Of a DNA stretch of 64,000 nt, positions 37,653 to 51,649 are shown in pieces. How positions within the stretch are numbered: the first letter of the stretch is position 1; every line of letters begins with the position of its first letter. The position numbers and the translations under genes were made by a program. The notes beneath the pieces were generated by a model. That model saw only the letters and a list, made by a program, of their open reading frames with translations, had not been told where the DNA came from and ran no database searches. Origin of the DNA: Camelus dromedarius (lineage: Eukaryota); assembly GCF_036321535.1 (NCBI RefSeq), contig NC_087436.1, positions 35,218,001 to 35,282,000 on the forward strand, written 5' to 3'.

Positions 37653-39719
37653 AACAGTAATGTTTTTACATGTCACTCTTTATAAAACTCTAAAAATTAC
37701 ATCCTCTTCAGATATTTAATTTATGGTGAAACATTTGAGATAGAAGCCTAAAAATGTGCAAGTGTTTGAAAGTTGCAAAGGCTAAGGTGGTGAATTATGA
37801 GATCTATTTGTACATTTTTGTTTGTGATACAGAGAAAATTTGTAGGCTCTGGGATATGTGGTCCTGAAAATTGGAAGAGAAGTCCCATGCTAGAAATGAA
37901 GATTTTGGAGCTGTTAGTATAGAGTCTCATTTTGGGGTTCTCAAAGTAGATGTAATTACCTAATTAGAGGCAGTCTTTTAAGGAAAAGGAAAAGGACCTA
38001 GAAATGAGTGCTGAGGAAATCCAATATTTAACTGTTATTCAAGGAGGAAGTACCAGAGAACAAGACAAGGAATAAAGAGAAAAAAGGTAGGAGAAAAAAA
38101 ATATGAAAATGCAGCTTACAAAAGCTAAGGAAAATTTAAGAAAGATGAGTGGTCCACTATCTTAAAAGTGTAATGAGATCAAGAAAGACAGACTGAAAGG
38201 AGGCCACTGAAAGGATCTAACAGCGCACAGTAGTCTTGAGTACATTTAAACTGAGATGCTAAGTTTTCAGAGGGAAGTGTGGAGATTCAGAAAAGATAGC
38301 ACCACATGCAAGATTGCTTAATGGTACAACACAATGTGGTCCAAAGCACACATGACAAGATTTGCCTTAGATGGAGTTTTGGCAACATTGGTTCTAAAGG
38401 GATTAAAAATAGCCTTCCTTAAGGCTCTCTAATTCACTTAGGTGTCTAGATATAATCAAGAGCATTCGTAACATCAAGTACATATTGTTTAACAAAGGGG
38501 GAACTAACCTATTTTTTCAGTCGAAAAAGATGTGGCACCACTTACCCATGCCTCCTATTTTACACCCTGGTTCCAGTGCAGGATGTGTTAACAGTCCAGG
38601 CTTCTTTCTCTGGTTGTTTTGACTTCACCTTACTGGTTTTTTGTTTTTGTTTTTGTTTTTGTTTGCCAACCTTCTGTTCAGAGAAATTCACATGGGTTGG
38701 GTTGGATTGGAGGGCATTGTTCAAACAAGAAGAAAGTGCCAACTGCAACAGTCTCATCCCATTATGGTTCTTTTGTAAAGTTTTTATCCTCTTTTATCCT
38801 GCTAGGTTATGCATTTTAGAGCAAGTTAAGCTTTCCAGTAGGTCCATCTCTTCCAAGAGTGTTGTATCAGAAACACTGTATCTCAATAACTCATTTCCAA
38901 CTCAGGGAAGCAGAGAAAATAGTCATTATTGGATCAACAGGTTTATTTTGCTTAAGGAGACAAAATTTAATAAATAGCAGGAATAAAATTATTGAGCTAA
39001 ATATGTTTAAGGTTTTAAATAAAATGTAGGACTTCTATGTTCTAATGAAGGATAAATATTCATAAATGATATTTTGTGTAAAAAGAGCATGGATTTATAC
39101 ATTTGGTGATGGAAAGTTTAGGTGGATCCCATTTTATAGCTACTCTCTTCCTTATGAAATAGGAAGAATGATAATTTGCTAAGAAGTAAGAAAGTTGAGG
39201 CTAATGCTGAAGTTGAAGGGAATGGGACAAGTTTAAAAAGTATTCCCTCAAAGTAAGAGAGACATAACTAGAAGAATAGTGAGGGACTACTTGACATTGT
39301 TGATCATTAAGTCATATTGATACCGATCTTCTGTCTATTTTATTTCCCCCCTTCACCCTTCACCCCGAGGTGTTTAGCAGGCTACATTTAGGAAAAGAGA
39401 AAGCAGATACCTGGAATCATGAAAACTAGAATCTTTTCCAGTGTAGTTAGAAAAAAGAATGGCAACATGGTTCAGAGTATTGACTAGAAATGAATAAAGA
39501 CAAGAGAGGGCTTTTGCACTTGAGGCAAGTTGAGTGGCCAAAAAAAAAGAGTAAGATGGCAGGCAGGCAAGTTTAGCAGGCAAAATGGAAGAATATCCAA
39601 GAGATTGTGTGCAGAAAGCAGATGTCAAGAACTGTGAAATATTCAAGATTTAACCCTATGTGCCATACTTTTATGAATGTACATAGAAGACACAGACCAT
39701 TAGTGTGGAGATGAATAAT

Positions 39720-40160
39720 GATTGATTACTCACAGGAATAAAATTAGCCAGAATACATATAATTAATTTGTAACAGTTTTCCAGGATCTATTTTCCATAG
39801 GGCAACACAAAGGGCCATGTGGACACACATGGACACACATTCAGTGGCTTGATTACAGGAGAGGAAAGTTGAGTTTAGGGAATACAAAGTTTTTATAATG
39901 GTCAGTGAGCACTTGGCAGAAGATATTTTTATTATACTGGATGGTAAACACAACTGCCCTTTGCTCTAGAGGACAATATCTTTCAAGATTGTAAGCAAAC
40001 ATGCTTCTTGTCCTGGAGGGAGACTATTTCTATCAAATTCTTTGAAACAATTTTCTATATACCCATTCTTTTAAAGATAGTTCAGAACAAAGGGCAATCA
40101 ATACTTCACTTTCAAAATGTGCAGAAATGTGAGACAACCATGGAGACTTGTCTTCCAGTA
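39720..40160 (-). mobile_element. LTR40-like ERVL LTR
   Basis: ctgccctttgctctagagg, aaagatagttcagaacaaagg and ccatggagacttgtcttccagta are reverse-complement homologous to 2425-2755. Confidence 0.7.
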
Positions 40161-40899
40161 TTGGGCATCTGATTTATGGGTTTTGTGAGAGAAATAATTT
40201 CAGGTGATGACAATTTCCTGGCTATGGTTTTGAGAGCTTATGGCTGAGAAGTAAATGAACCAAGAGTTGGATATGTTGCTTATTTGAATATTGAAATTTC
40301 CTATGATGATGGTAAGGGTTTGAGTTGAAAGGAAAACAGGAATTAAAGTCTTCAATGAGAAGTAAAAGACATAATATATAATAATGAATTATACATAATG
40401 TAAGCTTAAGTATAGGACATATAGGACATAAACAGTGGGGGTTAGAAAAGTAGAATGTCTATCTTATAGCTAGATGGTATAGCCTCAAACAGAGATTTAA
40501 GACAATGAATATAATTAACAGCATGAGGAAAATGGCTTTTACATTAAGCTAGTTGAAAGATGAAGGGAAAGAAAATATCTTTTTGAAATGACACCATTGT
40601 CCTAATTCTCAAGCTTCAGTGGATGTTTCTAATAAAACCCAGTGAAGACAGTTCATTTAGGAACCTGATACCACTTAGCACATCATCCTGTGTCTAAAGA
40701 TTGAAAAAGATTCAGCTGAAATGCCCATGCATGGATGACTAGAAGACATTCCGAATCTACCCAACTCTAAAGTACTTCTGGAAGTATTTCATGTTGCAAT
40801 CATTCTCTGTGTACTGCTTAAAAGAAGAATAATCCATTCATGTATTCCCTCACAGAAACAATATAGATCTAAGTAAAGGACCAATATATTTTATTTAAG

Positions 40900-41125
40900 A
40901 ACCCAGCCTTTAGAGTTAGGCAGAAATAACTTTTAATCCCAAGACTTAATCCTTGTTTAACCTAGAAGAAATCAGTTAAGGTCTCTTTATTTGGTTTCTT
41001 CATCTATAAAATAAGATGATGAGAGGAGAATGATGATGAACATTATGATGATAATAAGGTTGTTTTAGAATTAAATGAGACAAAATATAAAAGTCTTGAT
41101 AACTAGAAAATCCATGAATGGTAAT
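40900..41125. mobile_element. MIR remnant
   Basis: gtttcttcatctataaaataag...aggttgttttagaattaaatgaga. Confidence 0.6.
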
Positions 41126-41599
41126 TATTATCACAGTTATCATTTTATTACTATGGTGACATAAAGTTCATCTTGTCAACAGACAGACTTACCTTCCTCA
41201 CTCAAATCAGAAGATTTGGTATTTGTCTTTAAGTAATCTTAAATCATATCTGAAATTATAGTGATTCTTCCTAACTTGGAATACTGCATTAGTGTTTCCA
41301 TCTCAATTTAAATCAGTTCAGATCAATTTAGCAGATTATACGATTTTTAAGACCTATTCCTGTTCTGGGTTCTTGGAATAAGTATATGAAGAAGTTACTG
41401 TCTGCACATAAAGTATACAAAATTTATCACATGCTATGACACAGATGTTACCTCTCTGAACACCTTTAGTTGATTCTTAATAACTGCCTGAAAAAGACTC
41501 TAAGACCACATATAGATTCAACAGGGGAAAAAAAATCACCCTGTTTATTCTGAGAGTTTGCTAGAGATTAGGGGAAGGTTGCATGCATCCTAAGCCAGA

Positions 41600-42660
41600 T
41601 AAGAGCAGAATGAGGTAACATTTAATTTTATCTGTGAGTACAGCTTTACTGCTTTACTGAGAATTTTGACATTTGAATTGAGCTTGAAAAAAATGAGTAG
41701 GAACACAGAAGAAAAGTTGAAAAAGCATTTGAAGCAGAGAGATAATAATAAACAAAGACATGCATGAGACAGAAAGGATATTAAGTACTTGGGAAATAGA
41801 GTCTTGAAAACATAAGAGTGCACATAGCAGTAGGATATGGGAATATACAGTAAATGGGCTTGAATGACATGCCAAGGATTTGGACTTTGTCATGAGGTAA
41901 TGGGAGATACCAATGAAATTTAATAAACACTCGAACAGATGAGTATTTAAGATTACTGGCAACAGAGTATGTGATATATTTAGAGGAATAGATGCTGAAA
42001 ATGAGACTAGATACTAAAATATTCAGGTACAAGATGGGTATGATCAGTGGGTAGAACAGACCTTGAGAGAGATAAGCACTATTGTGACCAATTAGATATG
42101 GGAACTATGAAAGAAGTGGTAGATAAAAACACCTTTCAAGTATTCACTGAAACAAAATAAGTAGATTAAAATGGCATTAAATAAATTTGGTTTTGAACAT
42201 GTTAAACTTTCAAACTTCAGCTGCAACTTTATGGAGAGTCAGCCACATTCTAGGTCATGTTGGCAAACTTTTTGTTGAAGGGTCACACAGTAAACATTTT
42301 AGGTGTGGTGTGCCACACATTCTCTCCTGCAAGTACTCAGCTCTGCCATTGCAGTGAGAAAGCAGCCACAACAATGAGTGAGCGTGACTGTACTCCAATA
42401 AAACTCAATTTGCAAAAACAGGCAGTCAGCCTGGGGACCTGTAGTTCAGGTGATGCTTAACGATGTGAATGTGGCAAAGTTCACCCAAAGAAAGTAAATG
42501 TAAACAGGGAAACAAAGTTTTTGTAGAAGGTTGAGGAAGAGGAGATAAGGATACTGGAAAAGAGTAGTCAGACATGTAGGAAATTAACCAGCAAAGATCT
42601 GAGTCATGGAAAAAGAAAGATAGCATTTCCAGGAGAAAGAAGTGGTCACTGGTGTTTCAT
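41600..42660 (-). mobile_element. L2 remnants (interrupted by MER58A)
   Basis: catgccaaggatttggactttgtcatgaggtaatgggaga, tttggttttgaacatgttaa and catttccaggagaaagaagtggtca. Confidence 0.55.
42252..42445. mobile_element. MER58A-like hAT-Charlie MITE
   Basis: gttggcaaactttttgttgaagggtcacacagtaaacattttagg...tactcagctctgccattgcagtgagaaagcagcca...ccaataaaact. Confidence 0.85.
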
Positions 42661-43049
42661 GTTTTAAGTTTGCCAAAGTAACTCCATCAGGGAGTGAATG
42701 ATTCAGTCAGCCAAGTGGAATGTATGTCATATTTTCTAAGCTAATCCAAACTAGAAAAAAATATTTAAAGTAGTACTCTTAGTTGAGTTCAATGAATGGA
42801 TTACAAACAGTGATTTCCCTCCAGTGTCGACCACGTAATATCAAAATTAGGAGGATGAAGAGAAGGGGCAGTGTGCAAATGTTTAGTATGAAAGGATACT
42901 GCCATGGTGCCCATTATAGAGTGATCAGTTACTGATATGGTGTTCAGTTGGCTGGTGCCTATTTTGTGATTTTGTTTCATACCAGATCACACAGCTCGTA
43001 AGATGATTTCCAATACAAACAGCACTATTGATTATTTGGTGTAAACTGT

Positions 43050-43155
43050 TATAAAATTATTTAGAAACTGTGTCATATTTTTCAGAATCATTCCCTAAAT
43101 GATATAAAATTATTTAGAAACTATATCATATTTTTCAGAATCATTCCCTAAATGA
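43050..43155. repeat. 53-bp tandem duplication (2 copies, 2 mismatches)
   Basis: tataaaattatttagaaact(g/a)t(g/a)tcatatttttcagaatcattccctaaatga at 43050-43102 and 43103-43155. Confidence 0.95.
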
Positions 43156-45202
43156 TATTGCTTTTTTTCTGACACTATTCTCTCCACTTCTTATTTTTCA
43201 TAGTGGAATAGGGCTCAGAATTTGTTAAGAGTAGTAAAAGAATGAAAAAAAATGATTCTTTTTCTAGAAACAATATACTGAACTGGACAAAGAAAAGACA
43301 ATCTATAAGTCAACAATCAGGAGCTAGTTAAAATTACATGTATTTCCTTCCTTAAGAATGTATGGTTTCTGTTCAAGATTTCAAGATTTGTATTGTGTAC
43401 CTAAAGGAAGCCATAATCCTACATCCTATTTGTGGTAATGCTTTCATGGGAACTAAAGGCAACACATAATAAGCAGATACCAATTCTTATTGCTTCATAT
43501 TCCAAACCGTATAAAAATGAATATTATTCACTAAGGTTTACTTAGCCACAACTCCCATTGGCTTTAGTGGGAGTTTTGCCATGGCTAAAGACCACAAATA
43601 AGGTCCATGTTTCTGGTAATAAAAAGACTGCCCTGTTACTGTGGAGAAACTGTTAAACCACAGAGTGAAAGAAAACAGTTTCATGTCACTGGAGAAGTCT
43701 CCAAGTTGACTTCCATTAAAATGTAACCTTATATTAGGATGTGGATAATTAGAAAGTACTTAGGATAAAGGACAAAGGTTACTTTCCCAAAAGAGAAATT
43801 GTGTTCAAGTGAATGGAGGTTGTAGATGGGACGCCTAGGGATACTGGCTGCTTTCCCATTTTGACACATACTTGACTTGTCTTCTTTGGCAAGTTATACA
43901 CAGGTCCTCCCTCTCCCTTGGTCCCATGTGCCAAATCCGGGCCCTGGTCATCTCACAGCTGGACTACCCTTACCTTTCCTTCCTACAATACTTCCTGCAT
44001 ATCTGCTCTCCAATCAACCGAATACTCTCCTGCTCATATTACCTTCATTCCTTTTCATTCAGTTCATTTTGCTCTTCTCTTTAAAAATCTCTCAGCAATT
44101 TCCCATCCTTACCTTCATAAAAGTTATTTTCTCGTCTTTGGCTTTCAATTCCTCAGTGACCAAAATCTGCCATCTGTTCATCCTCACCAAACTGATCTAT
44201 TCAAGTGGAAATACTGACAAATCCAACAGAGAATATGCATTGAGAAAAATCAGCCCTTCTGAATTCCAGGGGCTAAAATATATGTCAGCCAGTTTGGGAT
44301 TCTATCATGTGGCAAAATGAGTATCCTAAAGCAATTTGTTAGATTTTTTTTTTAATCATTTTTTTATCTTAATGTCAAAGACAAAAAGTTTCATCTAGGT
44401 CTGATTACCCAAAACCTCTTTCTGTTTTTCCACATAATTAAAACTGTAGGTTTTTTGTTTGTTTTGTTTGTTTGTTTGTTTTTAAGCTGGAATGGACTTT
44501 TAGTATTATCTAGTCTGTGGTTTGAAAACTGTTATTGTTTTCATAGCAGAATTATTTATTAAAGACACATTTTATAATTTTTTTTTTTTTTAGAAAATGT
44601 GTTGCACTGAACCAGAGTGAGAGTACCTGAGTACTACTCACCCTCCTCCTGTTCAGGTCCTGAGGTTGCTAGGGGCCATAAAGACTTCACCAGTATATTC
44701 TAACTTTCTCAATTTACAGCTGAGAAAACCGATGCTGAGAGAGTATAAGTTTTGTTCTGAGCTATAGTTAAAGGCAGAGCTGGCACCGGAATTCAGTGTC
44801 CTGATTCTGAATCTCTAGGACTTCTTCCACTACTGCCTTCATAATCACTCTTCTTTATTGTTTGTTTGGGAAACCATATGTCCAGGTTTCTGTGATGAAT
44901 TTTGGCATAAATCATGGGAATGGTTGCCTTTGGTGGAGTATGATGTCTATACAAAATGGTTCGGACACTCTCTGGTCACCAATCCAGTAACACAAATTCA
45001 GGAGCTTCCTTGGGCCTATTAATTTCTCTTGGCTAATCCAATGATTGAAATAGAAATTATTAATCTTCATGAAAAAAATCATGAATAAGCATTCTACCTA
45101 TTAAATATATGACTTAATGATTGAATTTATAATGCAAAGCTATTTGAGAATTATTCACATGGATGAGGAAAAAGAACTATTAGGGTAGGAATAGTCTCCT
45201 GT

Positions 45203-45345
45203 CAGGCCCAACCCTGACTTTATGAGGTGCACACACACGGCGAAACTACACATGGAGAAAAAATGTTTAAAAAAAAAAAAAAAACTACACATGGAGGTAG
45301 ATGTATCATATGTCTAAATATTTTAAGGCTGTAAGTCAGGCTAGG
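45203..45345. mobile_element. MER96B-like hAT remnant
   Basis: atggaggtagatgtatcatatgtctaaatattttaaggctgtaagtcaggcta resembles recalled MER96B. Confidence 0.5.
45258..45281 (+). mobile_element. 24-nt L1 tail insertion with 15-bp TSD
   Basis: aaaaaatgttt + A13 between perfect aaactacacatggag copies (45243-45257, 45282-45296). Confidence 0.8.
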
Positions 45346-46815
45346 CCCAGCCATGCCTGAGTTCCTGTCCTCCCATTCACCGTCCCCTGCTACCTGAGGA
45401 CTGCTCTATCAGCCCTGAGATTTCAGGACTTCTTGGCTCTATCCTGGACCGATCTTCATTCTATGGAATGGGTCTTCTGGAGCAAGGTAGAGTGGAAACT
45501 GAGGCTGAGTCCAGGACTCCTGGATGGTGTCTAAATCTATTAGAACCCCAAGTGAGACTGACTTGGTTAGCCTCCCTAGTAGTCTAGGGTATATAATTTT
45601 CCCTACTCCACCCTCACTTCTCTGACTCAGCACCTCCAGGTTAAGCATCTCCCCAAACTATCCCTTGTCCTGCAACTCTTGACTTTAACATTTTTCCCAA
45701 GCAGAACTCTGTCAAAAGAATAACCAGCTCAACGCATTGAATAGCCATTTCAGGACAAGAAAGTACTAGAGGTTTTTATGGTTTAATTGATCCTGATATT
45801 TTACATTTACATAAATTTAACAGTCTTGTGTGTGATGCAGAGGAAGAATTCTCTGAGCCCCTCTGATTAAGAATGAACAAACAAACAAAGAAATATCTTG
45901 TTGAAGGGAAACTTCTTGTTTTTGTGATTTCTGGACCAGAATATTAGGCATTTTTCAACTTTGGGCTACAAAGCATTATAGAAGCAATGTGGAAAGCTTG
46001 TTTGTTAAATTTTCTTCATAATTAAGGTAAAGAATTATTTTAGAAAACAGTTTTGGTTTATAAAATAATTGATATTCATAATTAGTTTATTCTGACTGAA
46101 TCAGATGAGACTTCCATTTCAATGGAGAACTACTATAATATATAGTTCTTATAATTTTTTCACTCCTAAAAATCACCTATTGAGTTAAAAAAAGAATGCC
46201 TTCAACCATCAACTAAATTCAGTAGCTAGCATGAGCATTTTAAAAAGTTTATACACACCAAAGCATGGTGCTTTAACATTAGAAATAGTTCTGTTTCTGT
46301 AATGTTTCCGCTCATGCTGTTATTTTCCACTGACAGGTAAGAGTGAGGTTTTGACACTCTTAATATAACATAGGGTGTTAATCTTATAATCACCCTGTCA
46401 GCACTTTCTGTCAGAGTGTTAATGGCCACCTTTCAGCCACTCAGAGACTCTTGCCAATAAAAATAATACCGGCATCCAGCCAACCAGAAGTTATTCAGCT
46501 ACTTTCTTCTCTTCATTTTTTAAAAGCAATGAATAAATTAAAAAATAAAAAGTACCAGCCTTCGAGGCAGAAGTCTGTATCTACATCCTACTTCCCTATT
46601 TCTGCAAGTCAATTCTTTGCTTGGTAATAAAATTCAAACTTTATCTTTGGTCTGAACCTGTACTACATTTAAGCTACTCAAAGTATTTCTTAGTTTTCAC
46701 ATAAATATTCCAAGAAAAAGGCCAATCTTGACTGAAAATAGAAAGCATCCTTTCAACCAGATTGAAAGGGGGAGCTACTTATACACAGTTAAGAATCACC
46801 AAAGAATCAGTGCAT

Positions 46816-46990
46816 ATAGGGGTTGGGGAGTGGGAGACAAACTATTGGGTGTAAGATAAGCCCAAAGATGTAGTGTACAAACCAAGGAATAGAGCCATTA
46901 TTTTGTAATAACTGTAAATGAAAAGCAATCTTTAAAATTTGTATAAAAATTTAAAAATTTTAAAAAATAAAAATAAAGTAGGGCTATAAA
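46816..46990 (+). mobile_element. Short 5'-truncated L1 3' end with 15-bp TSD
   Basis: aactattgggtgtaagataag...gtgtacaa...ggaatagagccattattttgtaataactgtaaatg. TSD aaagaatcagtgcat (46801-46815) / aaagaaccagtgcat (46991-47005). Confidence 0.85.
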
Positions 46991-49073
46991 AAAGAACCAG
47001 TGCATCTAAAAGCAACAACTAGTATACCTATATAATGCTATAGGTATATTTACTATACATTAGGAGACTCTAAAATCCATTTCACACAGAAATTTGAAAT
47101 AAAACAGATTAATGAAATTATAATTGCCTGAATTTTTATGTTCTGGATTGGATCCTTCATTGAATCAAATAAAAGCCTACAACTTTTGTCTCTGGCCACT
47201 CAGCAAGCAAATAAAAACCTAGGAGGGAAAAATATAAGTTGACTGATAGGAAAGATTATCTCACCAACTGACAGTTCCTTTTTCTCATGTTCATTTCACT
47301 CTTTTGCCTTCTAAAGACATTCATTTAGGTTTGAGGACTTCTGTTCTGTGTTAACAGCTATCTTCCAACTCATCCAAGTTATACCCAACCACCCTGTATT
47401 TAAACGTTCTAAATTAGTGCTTTTTTGTGTGGATGGCTATATGTGTTTGGAACATTTTTGGCAAGGAAATAGCTCTGTGATGCATAATTTTTTATTGAAA
47501 TATAAGGATATTTAACATTACACATAGACTTTTCCCAGTGGAATGCCTACTCATAAATCTACAATTATCATAACCACAAAGATCAGTATGAAAATAATCT
47601 AAGACATACTGAACTGAATTTCTCACTTTTTGTTTCACCTTAGCTGATGTGCCTTTTATATCTCTTGTGTGTTGTTTTTTTAAAAAGTGACATGTATGCA
47701 ATAGTACTATGATTAGTATTGATTAAAACAAAGAGTTTATGCAGTACTTGACTGATTTTATGTTAAGGATAGATCTGTCATCCTTTTCTTTTAATCACAA
47801 TACTTTTCGATGGTGTTTTATTTTTCCTAATGGCAGACTGCACATGGAAAATATATTTCCAAGAAATATAATCCAAAGAAATTCGTAACATCCTCTTTTC
47901 ATTGAAAACTAAGTGAAATGTATCAGCAAATCTTTCACTGGGTTTGGATCTAAAACAGGGAAAACAATGAAGTACCAAGTATAGAAACAATTTTATGAGG
48001 ACATGGGTAACATACTTTTCTGAGAGAGATTCCCTTTCCAAAATGCTGGTTAAAACAAACTCAAAGTAAAATTCAAAGCTAAAAAAACCCAAGTTCAGTT
48101 TAAAAAAAGAATGGAAATTTAATCAAGCTTGTATTGGGTTTTATGATTTGCCCAGAAACAGAAGGTAGGAATGGAAGGAAGTCAGTGAGTAGAAAATTAA
48201 ATTATAAGTTCAACTGAACTTGCTTTAAGCCACTATAGTTGTCTCTAGGAAAATGTATTGAAATCTAAATTAAAACTCAGATGTCTCATTTGGTAGAATT
48301 TCAGCAAAATTATGGCATATACAAATGACTTAGTTTCTAAGGTATTTTTTATAGATTAATTCTTTTTAAGCAAAAGAAGCTGCTAATATAATTTCCTGTA
48401 AGTCCTTAATTTCATCTGTAAAATGAGATCCAATTAGATGTGGATTCTCCCTCCTCCACCAGAAGATCTATTTTCTCAAAATCTTTAGCGTTCTATGAGA
48501 AAAGAGAAAGGATTATAGAGTTGTGGAAGTAGACATTCTTTGGGTTCAAAGTGATGACATGTTATCATTTGGTCACTGAGGAGGTAAAAAGTGGTCCAGA
48601 CTGACAGTTAGGCTTAGTAGAAACAGATAACCCAAACCACTTTGATTGGTATGTGACACTGTTTTCTTGAGCCAGCAATCAACTCTATTGAATTTAAAGT
48701 ACTATCAAACATGATCAGCAACTTGGAGACACTCTATTTAATGATCTCAAAGTTTCCTTTATATTATATGATTTTTCTCAGACTATAGTTTGTTTTATCT
48801 ATCAAGGACATGTTATAACTCTATCGAGTATATGCCATTTTTTCTAAAGATATGGAGAGAATTTTAGTTTTTTATTTTTCTGACTCTCTTTAAATTGCAT
48901 TAATTAAATGGTGTTTTTATTTACATTTCTATTCACTACAAATGTATGATCAATAATCTGAATATATTCTTGTCAAAGCAATATGCATTTAATTAAAAAA
49001 ATAAAGTGCCTTCATATTCCTTCTTTTTCTATTTCATAACTTTCTCACCCTCCAAATGTGAGACTCTATTTTC

Positions 49074-49529
49074 TTTTTTTTTAATTGAAGTATAGTCAGT
49101 TTACAATGTTGTGTCAATTCTGGTGTACAGCATAGTGTTTCAGTCATACATATACATACATTTATTCCTTTTCATATTCTTTTTCATTATAGGTTACTAC
49201 AAGATATTGAGTATAGCTCCCTGTGCTATACAGTATAAAATTATTGTTCATTTTATATATAGTAGTTAATATCTGCAAATCTCAATGTCCCAATTTATCC
49301 CTTCCCATACCCTCTACTCCCTGGCAACCACAAGTTTGTTTTCTATGTCTGTGAGTCTGTTTCTATTTTGTAAATAAGCTTATTTGTGTCTTTTTTTTAG
49401 ATTCCACATATAAGTGATATCATATGATGTTTTTCTTTCTCTTTCTGGCTTACTTCACTTAGTATGACAATCTCCAGGTACATCCATGTTGCAGCAGATG
49501 GCATTATTTTATTCTTTTTTAATGACTGA

Positions 49530-49594
<65 letters not shown>

Positions 49595-49953
49595 CACAAC
49601 TTCTTTATCCAGTCATCTGTCAGTGGACACTTAGGTTGTTTCTATGTCTTGGATACTGTAAATAGTGCTGCTGTGAACATTGGGTTTCATGTATCTTTTT
49701 AAATGAAGGTTCCCTCTAGATATATGTCCAAGAGTGGGATTGCTGGATCATAGAGTAAGTCTGTTTTTAGTCTTTTGAGGAATCTCCATACTGTTTTCTA
49801 TAATGGCTGCACCAAACTACATTCCCACCAACAGTGTAGGAGGGATCCCTTTTCTCCACACCCTCTCCAGCATTTATCATTTGTGGACTTTCTGATGCTA
49901 GACATTCTAACTGATGTGAGCTGGTAACCTCATTGTAGTTTTGATTTGCATTT
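49074..49953 (-). mobile_element. 5'-truncated lineage-specific LINE-1 3' end
   Basis: Homologous to 16027-17071. TSD gactctattttc (49062-49073) / gattctattttc (49958-49969). Confidence 0.93.
49534..49589. repeat. (TA)28 microsatellite inside an L1 3'UTR
   Basis: Perfect TA run. Confidence 0.97.
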
Positions 49954-51649
49954 GAAGGATTCTATTTTCATGCTCACTCATCTTTTACTTGTTCCTGAGT
50001 ATTCTAGCATTCTGAAGTTCTCACATTCACCTGAGTCAGGTTTTCCAGATACCAACACATGGCAACATGGCATAATATTAGAGGGGTTTCTGGTAGTTTT
50101 TTTTTTTTTTTTTTTTTTGCACTTAACACATATTAAATAATAAAAGGAAAAAATTCTAATTGATAAAGGCATCATGTAGTTTTATTCTGTAGCTATATTA
50201 TTTTGTTTGTAAACAGCAAGAACAAAAAATGACTCTAGGTTAACTTTACAAAGAGTGACTCCATTTGAAGGACATGCGGGATCTTGTAGGATTACAGGGA
50301 AGGCTGAAGATGAACAGCCTCTCAGCTGTCCAGAACCAGTCTCAGTAGCAAGGCTTGCTTGACAGTCTTCCTGAGGAGTGGGTGAAATCCAGCTCATTCT
50401 TTCAGCCTTTGCTTTGCACTACTGAAGTTCAGAGTCCCTGGCCTTCCCAGTGTGGGGACATGCACAAACAATGTCCAGGGATCTGAAAGCAGCTTTTGAA
50501 GGGGAGGGCAGGCACATGGATTTCATGTTCCACTAAGATGACTTTCAACGAGGGGAGGTTCATCTGCAAATTAAATCGTGGTGCTGGGTGGCCAAAATAC
50601 TAAAACTCATTACAGTAATATTTATCTTTATAAGTGAAGCACTATACTTTCCCACCAGTGGCAAGGAAACTCACATAAAAAGTGATGGTTAGGTAATGAG
50701 AAGAAAAGAGGGGGAAAGAGCTTACTTTTATAGATACTCTAAAACCAACCAAATGAAGTCTTATGTTAACATACTATAATAACAGCAAAACATTAATGAC
50801 TTAGAAGTTATAGGTCCAAGTCACTAGGGACTGACTTAAAGAAACTGGTGTTAAGACATTTACTTAGGCTGATGACAGTTTGCTACTAATTAAATCATTA
50901 ACTGAGGATTCTGCAACACTTTGGCAGTACTCAACATGCTTGAATCAGTTTCTCACACCTAGTTTAAAGGAATGCTCTTGCTTTCTTTTTATCATTAAAT
51001 AAACTTTGCTTAATTAGCAGTTACCTTCTCAAGTTTGCCAAACATAGCTTGGCACTTAGTCTAACTAAACACAGGATAAACTAAGAACAAACTTTAAGAA
51101 AATTACTTTATGGTATTTTATTAAATATACCAATGAAAGTGCAAAACAACACAAAACAAAACAACTTAAATAGAATTTCTACAAAGATATCAAAAAATAC
51201 TTTTTTAAACTTCCAAACACTCAGGAAAGAAATGAATAAAGAAATTGAGAAATTTTATGGGAATAAGGATTCAAAAGTGGGCACATGATATCAGTAGCTA
51301 ATTTATTCTCTTACAAACAAACTTAAAAATCGAAATAAGCAAGAGTAAATCCAACTGGTTTTTCATTATACTCTGAAATGTACCACCATAATGTGTCATA
51401 AGCAGAGAAAAAAACCTTCCTCCCTCACTCACCTGACCCAACTAAACTTTTAAACTTCCTAATTCTCAGCATCTAGTTTGTATAATATATCATCAGGAAA
51501 TAAAACTAAGTTATGAAACCACTAACTGAAAAGTGACAGTCAGAGACAACATTTTGAGGCTAAACAATTAGTACATACTCAGAAAGAAGATCTGTATTAT
51601 GAGAAGTTTTTAAATGGCTGCTGTTCTCAGAGTTTGAAATTCATTTCAG

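Noticed and set aside
38540..38977. ORFs spanning a (GTTTTT)n tract and a minus-strand ggcATGG/gtaagt possible first exon
   Set aside because: The ORFs owe much to the simple repeat, and I found no in-frame downstream exon or CpG-rich promoter.
43877..44320. 147-aa ORF
   Set aside because: Non-ATG start, pyrimidine-rich L2-like sequence, no recognisable domain.
47023..47048. 10-bp inverted repeat tatacctata/tataggtata
   Set aside because: Low-complexity AT-rich arms; likely chance.
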